DNA of 64,000 nucleotides from contig CAZRJH010000003.1 in assembly GCA_964600575.1 (NCBI GenBank), forward strand, positions 17,640 to 81,639. Reading direction: 5' to 3'. Of this stretch, positions 58,190 to 64,000 are shown piece after piece (position 1 is the stretch's first letter; each line of letters begins with the position of its first letter). This DNA comes from an uncultured Gammaproteobacteria bacterium (lineage in GTDB: Bacteria > Patescibacteriota > Microgenomatia > UBA8517). A program made the position numbers and the translations under genes. The notes under the pieces were generated by a model, which was not told the origin of the DNA, made no database searches, and saw nothing but the letters and a program-made list of their open reading frames with translations.

Positions 58190-59465
58190 AACTCATACTC
58201 GCGAAGTTGCATTATTTTTTCTACTTTTTGTCGGTTTTGTTGTAAGAATTTATTTGGTGGATAAGGTGGTTGTCGGGGATCTCATGAATTACGCCGAGTG
58301 GGGCGAACACTTGGTAAATAGGGGAGCTTACAACTTATATTTTACAAAAGATTGGTATTACTCCGTTCCTGTATACCCGCCTTTGTCTATTCTTACTTTT
58401 GCAGGGTCATATTGGCTAAACGAACATAGATATGTGTTGGCGGAACTTCATAATATTATTAAATTTCCTCCCGCATTTTTCATTATATATTTTTACAAAT
58501 GGGGTTATATATTTCTACTAAAGTTTTTACCGATAATTTGCGACTTGTTAATTTCGGTTGTTATTTTAAGACTCTCACTTAAGTTGGGATCAGGTTTTAA
58601 AAGAGCTTTTGCAGTCTCGGCTTTTTACTTATTAAATCCGATTACAATTTTTATATCGGGTGCATGGGGTCAAACGGATAGCATTGTGGCACTTTTGGGA
58701 ATACTCTCGTTTTTAAGTTTAGTAGATCGCAAATATCACATATCAATTCCTTTGATGTTTTTGGGGTTATATTTCAAACCCAGTTGGGCAATTCTCGGGA
58801 TTTTTTATTCATTTATTCTTCTTAAATCAAAACCTGATTGGAAAAAGGTAATATTGGGACTTTTTGTCACAGTGATTATTTTTGTAATATCAACAAAACC
58901 TTTTTCGGACGGTAACGTGTTTGCCTACGGCTGGAAACTTTTTAGGGAGCGCTATCCGCTACCGATAGGAATTGACGGCAAAGCTTCAATTTCGGCATTT
59001 AATTTTCAGACAATATTTTTCAAATTGGATATAGATTATTCTCACGAAAAACTTATAGGAATAACTTCGGGTAACTTAGGACTTATTTCTTACATAATTC
59101 TAAATTTGGTTTCCTTTAACATCTACAATAAGTCCGGAAACAAGCTTTTTGGAATGCTTGCAGGCATATTCACAATTGGTTTTGGCAGCTTCCTGTTTAT
59201 GGCAACAATGTTGGAAAGATATTTTTTCCCTGCCTTTATACCTTTGTTTGTTCTATTGGCTGTAAAACCGAAACTTGTTTGGAACTCGGTTGTTATTAAT
59301 GTAATTCTGGCTCTTAACATTCTGTACTCCTTTTACAGAAGAGGGTCGGACGAAATCGGCCGGCCGTTTGTAAACAACAATTTTCTCGTTATACGCATAC
59401 TCTCTGTAGTTCAAACTTTGGCGTTTTTAAACTTCGTAAAAAAGATCTCAACAGGCCGTTCTTAG
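58164..59465 (+). CDS. GT-C glycosyltransferase (PIG-M/GT87-like)
   Basis: GDLMNYAEW, YPPL, LKFLPIICD, NP...WGQTD, MLERY. Confidence 0.8.
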   Translation: MKSIKNWLKTHTREVALFFLLFVGFVVRIYLVDKVVVGDLMNYAEWGEHLVNRGAYNLYFTKDWYYSVPVYPPLSILTFAGSYWLNEHRYVLAELHNIIKFPPAFFIIYFYKWGYIFLLKFLPIICDLLISVVILRLSLKLGSGFKRAFAVSAFYLLNPITIFISGAWGQTDSIVALLGILSFLSLVDRKYHISIPLMFLGLYFKPSWAILGIFYSFILLKSKPDWKKVILGLFVTVIIFVISTKPFSDGNVFAYGWKLFRERYPLPIGIDGKASISAFNFQTIFFKLDIDYSHEKLIGITSGNLGLISYIILNLVSFNIYNKSGNKLFGMLAGIFTIGFGSFLFMATMLERYFFPAFIPLFVLLAVKPKLVWNSVVINVILALNILYSFYRRGSDEIGRPFVNNNFLVIRILSVVQTLAFLNFVKKISTGRS

Positions 59466-59490
59466 CCTCTTTCTGTGCTACAATTTGAGA

Positions 59491-60978
59491 GTGATTGAGA
59501 CCCAGGACCACCTGGACCCGACCGGCGAAATAACGATCGAAACAGTACGAGAGAGAACCGTAAAAGGAATTGTTGCTTTAACGGGTAGATATTTTGTTCT
59601 TTACCTTATAACCATTTTTGCTCAAGGTTTGTTGGGAGCTTTTTTAACAACAGCTCAGTTTGGTATTTTCGGTATAGTCTCGGCAATCATTAACTTTTTA
59701 GTTTATTTTTCGGATATCGGATTGGCTGCTTCGCTTATACAGAAAAGACAAAAATTAGAGGAAGACGATCTAGCCACAACATTCACCGTCCAGCAGATAC
59801 TGGTGTTTGTTTTGGTTATCTCTCTCTTTTTACTTTCCCCGACTATTAAAAGGGTTTACGGTTTGGATCAGGCTTCTATTTATCTGCTTTACGCTTTGGG
59901 GGCTTCTTTTGTTATGTCTTCTTTAAAAACAATTCCCTCCGTGCTTTTGGAGAGGGGGTTAAGGTTCGAGATATTGGCCATAACAAATATCTTAGAAAAT
60001 CTTATATATAACTTTATTCTGGTTTATTTAGCTTGGAAAGGTTTTGGGATAACTAGCTTTACATTTGCCGTACTGGCAAGGGGTGTTGTTGGTTTAGCAA
60101 CTCTTTATCTTTTTAGACCTTGGAAACCCAAACTAAAAATCTCACGAAAATCGCTAGCGAATCTTCTTAGGTTTGGTATTCCTTATCAAATAAACACTTT
60201 TATTGCCGTTCTAAAAGATGACGGACTAACGATTGTTTTAGGAAAAGTATTGGGTGTTGATGCACTCGGGATTTTGGTTTGGGCCCAAAAATGGATTCAA
60301 ATACCTTTGAGAGTCGTTTTGGACAATGTAACACGGGTAACATTCCCGGCTTTCTCAAGGTTGCAGGACGACAAAAAGAATCTGGAAAGAACAGTTACAA
60401 GATCAATATTTTTTATTACCTTTTTAGTGTTTCCGGCTGTTACTGGAATTGTTATTATTGCACCCGTGCTTTTTGATGCCATTCCTAAATATCATCAATG
60501 GATGCCGGCAGTTATTCCGATGATTTTATTATCTATAAACGTCATTATGGCTTCGGTTTCAACTCAGCTTACCAATCTACTCAACTCGATTGGAAAAATA
60601 AAAGTAACATCGGTGTTTATGGTTATGTGGACGGTGCTTACATGGGCACTTGTGCCATATTTAGCAATTAAATATGGAGTAAACGGGGCTTCTTTTGGGT
60701 ATGCATTGGTAGGATTATCGTCGGTGGTCGTGATATTTATTACCAAAAAATTTGTTGATTTCTCATTATCGGAAAGCATTCTTAGACCGTTTTTGGCAAG
60801 CCTAGCAATGGCGGCGGTGCTTATTGTAATCAGAAACCTTGTACCCCACAATCTTACTAACCTTGGATTGTTGATTGCTGCGGGGGCAACTACATATATA
60901 ATATCTATATTAATTTTAGTAGGACAAAGTTTAATAGAAGATGCAAAAAAAGGAATTAAATCACTCATTACTAAGTAG
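59491..60978 (+). CDS. Wzx-type oligosaccharide flippase (MOP family)
   Basis: SDIGLAASLIQK, TFPAFSRLQ; ~12-14 TMs; GTG 59491 lies 6 nt after TACAAT. Confidence 0.88.
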   Translation: MIETQDHLDPTGEITIETVRERTVKGIVALTGRYFVLYLITIFAQGLLGAFLTTAQFGIFGIVSAIINFLVYFSDIGLAASLIQKRQKLEEDDLATTFTVQQILVFVLVISLFLLSPTIKRVYGLDQASIYLLYALGASFVMSSLKTIPSVLLERGLRFEILAITNILENLIYNFILVYLAWKGFGITSFTFAVLARGVVGLATLYLFRPWKPKLKISRKSLANLLRFGIPYQINTFIAVLKDDGLTIVLGKVLGVDALGILVWAQKWIQIPLRVVLDNVTRVTFPAFSRLQDDKKNLERTVTRSIFFITFLVFPAVTGIVIIAPVLFDAIPKYHQWMPAVIPMILLSINVIMASVSTQLTNLLNSIGKIKVTSVFMVMWTVLTWALVPYLAIKYGVNGASFGYALVGLSSVVVIFITKKFVDFSLSESILRPFLASLAMAAVLIVIRNLVPHNLTNLGLLIAAGATTYIISILILVGQSLIEDAKKGIKSLITK

Positions 60979-61825
60979 CATTTGCCCGATTTGCGGGAAG
61001 AAAGACCTGTCAAAATATTGGGCGATGCCCGGATACGCACTTATGACTTGCAACAGCTGCTCCATGGTATGGGACCCTTTCCCCCCCGATGACGAAAAGG
61101 GCCAATATGATAAGTCTTACTTCGAAAACGATAACCCTAAAGGTGGTTATACCAATTACTTCGAGGGCATGAAAATTAACAAGCGGACTTTTTACGACCG
61201 TCTGAATAAAATCGAAAAACGTTTTGGAAAAGGGAAACTTTTGGATGTAGGTTGTGCCTTGGGCGACTGTTTAACCGAAGCTGTTAAGTTGGGTTGGAAA
61301 GATCCTCAAGGCCTAGAAGTCTCATCGTTTGCTGTAGAAAAAGCCAGAAAGAAAGGGCTAAACGTAAGACGTGGGACATTAGACGATGTTACTTTTAAAC
61401 CCGGAACTTTTGATGTAGTAACTTATCAGGATGTAATAGAACATGTTAAAAATCCTTTAGCGGAGCTTAAAAAGGTCAATAAAATTCTTAAAAAAGACGG
61501 TGTGGTATTTTTGGTTACGCCTGATGTTGGTGGTTTTTGGAAAAAACTCTTGGGATCTTTGTGGTATCACTATAAACCCCGTGAACACATAATGTATTTT
61601 TCCCAAAAAAGCATTGCTCTCGCACTAAAAAAATCGGGATACAAAAATATTGTTACAAAAAGAACATATCATGTTCTAAGTCTGGAGTATATTCTTAGCA
61701 GATTAAGATATTATCTTCCCAACTTTTTCGATTTTCTTCTAAAAATTTCAAAACTTCTGGGAGTTTCGGAAATGTCTTTTAAATCTTACACAGGTGAGAT
61801 AGAGGCTTGGGGTCAAAAAGTATGA
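60941..61825 (+). CDS. Class I SAM-dependent methyltransferase with N-terminal Zn ribbon
   Basis: CPICG...CNSC, LLDVGCALG, FDVVTYQDVIEH. Confidence 0.88.
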   Translation: MQKKELNHSLLSSICPICGKKDLSKYWAMPGYALMTCNSCSMVWDPFPPDDEKGQYDKSYFENDNPKGGYTNYFEGMKINKRTFYDRLNKIEKRFGKGKLLDVGCALGDCLTEAVKLGWKDPQGLEVSSFAVEKARKKGLNVRRGTLDDVTFKPGTFDVVTYQDVIEHVKNPLAELKKVNKILKKDGVVFLVTPDVGGFWKKLLGSLWYHYKPREHIMYFSQKSIALALKKSGYKNIVTKRTYHVLSLEYILSRLRYYLPNFFDFLLKISKLLGVSEMSFKSYTGEIEAWGQKV

Positions 61826-63468
61826 AAGATAGATCGGCTAAGTGGTTATTAATCCTTCTCGGAAGTTTTTCCTGGTGTCTAACAATGTTCAAAAGCGGGT
61901 TTCCCGGAAAGTACGGACTCGGTTTTTGGGGTGCAAACGGTCACGACGGAATATGGCATATAGCCCTTTCTTCAACTCTGGCTAAAAGTTCCTTCTCTAT
62001 GCCCGTTTTCTCGGGAGAATTTATTAAAAATTATCATTTGGGTTTTGATTTTTTAATGGCAATAATACACAACTTAAGCGGCATATCTTTCCTTGATATA
62101 TATTTTAGAGTTATTCCTTTGTTGCTATCAGTTCTTCTTGGACTTATTACATACAAATTTGTTTTTGAATGGTCGGGGAGTTCCAAGTCGGCTTTATGGT
62201 CACTTTTCTTTGTTTATTTCGGCGGCGGTTTTGCGTTTTTGCTGGGGAAAGGTGAGTCAACATTTTGGTCGCAACAGGCAATCTCAACACTTATTAATCC
62301 CCCGTTTGCGCTATCACTGCTCCTCATTATTTTGGGAATGATTCTTGTCAGAAAGGCGTATTTAAGGCCTAGCCTGGTTAATCTAGTATTACCCGTTTTG
62401 GTTTTTGGGACGCTGATAGAAGTTAAAGCTTATGCTGGCTTACTTTCTTTAGTAGCCCTTTTTGCAGCGGGAGGATATGCCTACATCAAAGATAAAAACA
62501 AAAGCCCTCTTTTGATTGCGTTGGGATCAATGCTTCTTAGCTTAATATTGTTAAAAATTGCGAACTTTGAATCTTCGGGTGTTTTTATTTGGCAACCGTT
62601 TTGGTTTTTAGAATCTATGTTGGGCCTATCCGACAGGTTAGATTGGCAACGGTTTTATTCGGCCGTCTCAACTTATAAATCCGGACATATTTTTATAAAG
62701 TTGATACCTGCTTATATTTTTGCATTTGCCATATTCCTGATAGGAAATATGGGCACTAGAGTAACAAGTTTGTTGTATCTTTTAAAAAATCTTAAAAAAT
62801 TTTCCTGGGAACAAATTTTTATCTATACAATACTTTTTGCGGGAATTGCCATTCCAACATTGTTTGTGCAGTCAGGAACCCCTTGGAATTCTATACAGTT
62901 TTTTTATTACTCTTTATTCTTTTCGGCGATTCTGGCCGGTATTTCCATGCAGCACATAAAGCCAAAGTTTTTGTCTGTCTTGATTGTACTTTTAACTATT
63001 CCTACAACTTATCGGGAATTAAAAGTCGTCTATCTTCCACAGAGACCGCCCGCCGTGTTATCTTCGGCCGAACTCGATGCCTTAACTTTTCTAAAAAACC
63101 AACCTGAGGGAATCGTATTAACTTACCCATTTAGCGAAATTGAATCAAAAGAAGCGGAGAAATATCCACCAAGACCTCTCTATTTGTACACATCAACCGC
63201 ATATGTTTCCGCGTTTTCGGAAAAAACAACATATCTAGAAGACACTATAAATTTAAATATCACAGGATTCGACTGGGTAAACCGCAAAAATAAACTAATG
63301 AGTTGGTATACCGAAAATAATCAGGACAAGGCAAGAAAATTTTTAACTGAAAATAATATTAAGTACATTTATTGGGTTAAACCCCAAAGGGCTCTACTTG
63401 GCGAAGGAAATTTGGGACTTTCAAACATCTTTGAAAACAAGACGGTTGTTGTCTACAAAGTCGATTAG
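61822..63468 (+). CDS. GT-C-like polytopic membrane protein
   Basis: GHDGIWH, NYHLGFD; multi-TM with C-terminal soluble domain. Confidence 0.7.
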   Translation: MKDRSAKWLLILLGSFSWCLTMFKSGFPGKYGLGFWGANGHDGIWHIALSSTLAKSSFSMPVFSGEFIKNYHLGFDFLMAIIHNLSGISFLDIYFRVIPLLLSVLLGLITYKFVFEWSGSSKSALWSLFFVYFGGGFAFLLGKGESTFWSQQAISTLINPPFALSLLLIILGMILVRKAYLRPSLVNLVLPVLVFGTLIEVKAYAGLLSLVALFAAGGYAYIKDKNKSPLLIALGSMLLSLILLKIANFESSGVFIWQPFWFLESMLGLSDRLDWQRFYSAVSTYKSGHIFIKLIPAYIFAFAIFLIGNMGTRVTSLLYLLKNLKKFSWEQIFIYTILFAGIAIPTLFVQSGTPWNSIQFFYYSLFFSAILAGISMQHIKPKFLSVLIVLLTIPTTYRELKVVYLPQRPPAVLSSAELDALTFLKNQPEGIVLTYPFSEIESKEAEKYPPRPLYLYTSTAYVSAFSEKTTYLEDTINLNITGFDWVNRKNKLMSWYTENNQDKARKFLTENNIKYIYWVKPQRALLGEGNLGLSNIFENKTVVVYKVD

Positions 63469-63495
63469 CTTCAGATTTAATGCTACAATTTGGGA

Positions 63496-64000
63496 ATGGC
63501 TGTGAAAATTTCGGTGGTAATAAATACAAGAAATGCGGAAAGCTTGCTTGCCGAGGCAATAACCTCCGTTAAAAAGATTGCAGACGAAGTTGTTGTTTGT
63601 GATATGGAATCGGAAGATGGAACCTTAGACATTGCCAAAAAACTGGGAGCAAAAATTTACAAACATAAAAAAGAGGGATATGTGGAACCTGCCCGTAATT
63701 TTGCCATAAATAAGGCGACAGGTGATTGGGTATTGATTCTCGATGCTGATGAAAAATTAACCCCTCAACTTTTATCGCTGCTTAAAGATAAAGCCTTAAA
63801 TGGAGAAGCCGACTTTTACAGACTTCCCAGGAAAAATCTAATTTTCGGAAAATGGATGAAACATTCAAGGTGGTGGCCAGATTACAATATCAGGTTTTTC
63901 AGAAAAGGTTTTGTAACCTGGAACGAGGTTATTCACTCGGTTCCCATGACAACAGGAAAAGGAGAAGATATTTCGGACTCAGAAGAAAACGCAATTATTC
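63496..64000 (+). CDS. GT2 glycosyltransferase (WaaE/LgtF-like), truncated by the window end
   Basis: Translated by hand: MAVKISVVINTRN...VCDMESEDGT...ARNFAINKATGDWVLILDADE. Confidence 0.88.
   Translation, partial: MAVKISVVINTRNAESLLAEAITSVKKIADEVVVCDMESEDGTLDIAKKLGAKIYKHKKEGYVEPARNFAINKATGDWVLILDADEKLTPQLLSLLKDKALNGEADFYRLPRKNLIFGKWMKHSRWWPDYNIRFFRKGFVTWNEVIHSVPMTTGKGEDISDSEENAII

Noticed and set aside
1-64000. rRNA, tRNA, tmRNA, CRISPR arrays, intact transposases; other short overlapping ORFs in the track
   Set aside because: No cloverleaf, repeat-spacer or transposase signatures seen by eye; short ORFs overlap better-supported genes

Overview
Gene-dense, AT-rich bacterial chromosome segment. 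Gene content and style (many small orphan ORFs, a large GT-C/GT2 glycosylation locus, Pro/Thr-rich surface proteins, almost no biosynthetic genes) suggest a Patescibacteria/CPR genome, probably Microgenomates-like; this taxonomy is inference. Recognisable housekeeping genes: secA, tgt, prfB, ftsE/ftsX, galE, galU, rmlB/C/D, trmD and nrnA. Accessory content: (i) 0.3-5.8 kb, a divergent adenylosuccinate-synthetase homologue with altered catalytic motifs beside two Pol-beta-type nucleotidyltransferases and a possible clan-CD peptidase; (ii) a ~24 kb interval between secA and prfB carrying a putative R-S-E ADP-ribosyltransferase, a GT1/HprK-like kinase/GT-B operon with a divergent EamA exporter, two paralogous orphan proteins, a lipoprotein MTA/SAH nucleosidase, and a GC-richer, Shine-Dalgarno-led five-gene membrane/lipoprotein module (26.6-31.8 kb) whose two transcription units share a promoter, 10-mer and long-hairpin leader design; (iii) a circularly permuted M23 peptidase after ftsEX; (iv) RmlB fused to a degenerate Nudix-like domain; (v) a ~18 kb array of GT-C and GT2 glycosyltransferases. 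Many host-type genes have a -10 hexamer 5-7 nt before the start codon (leaderless design). No rRNA, tRNA, CRISPR array or intact transposase was recognised. All protein calls rest on motif reading by eye, not database searches.
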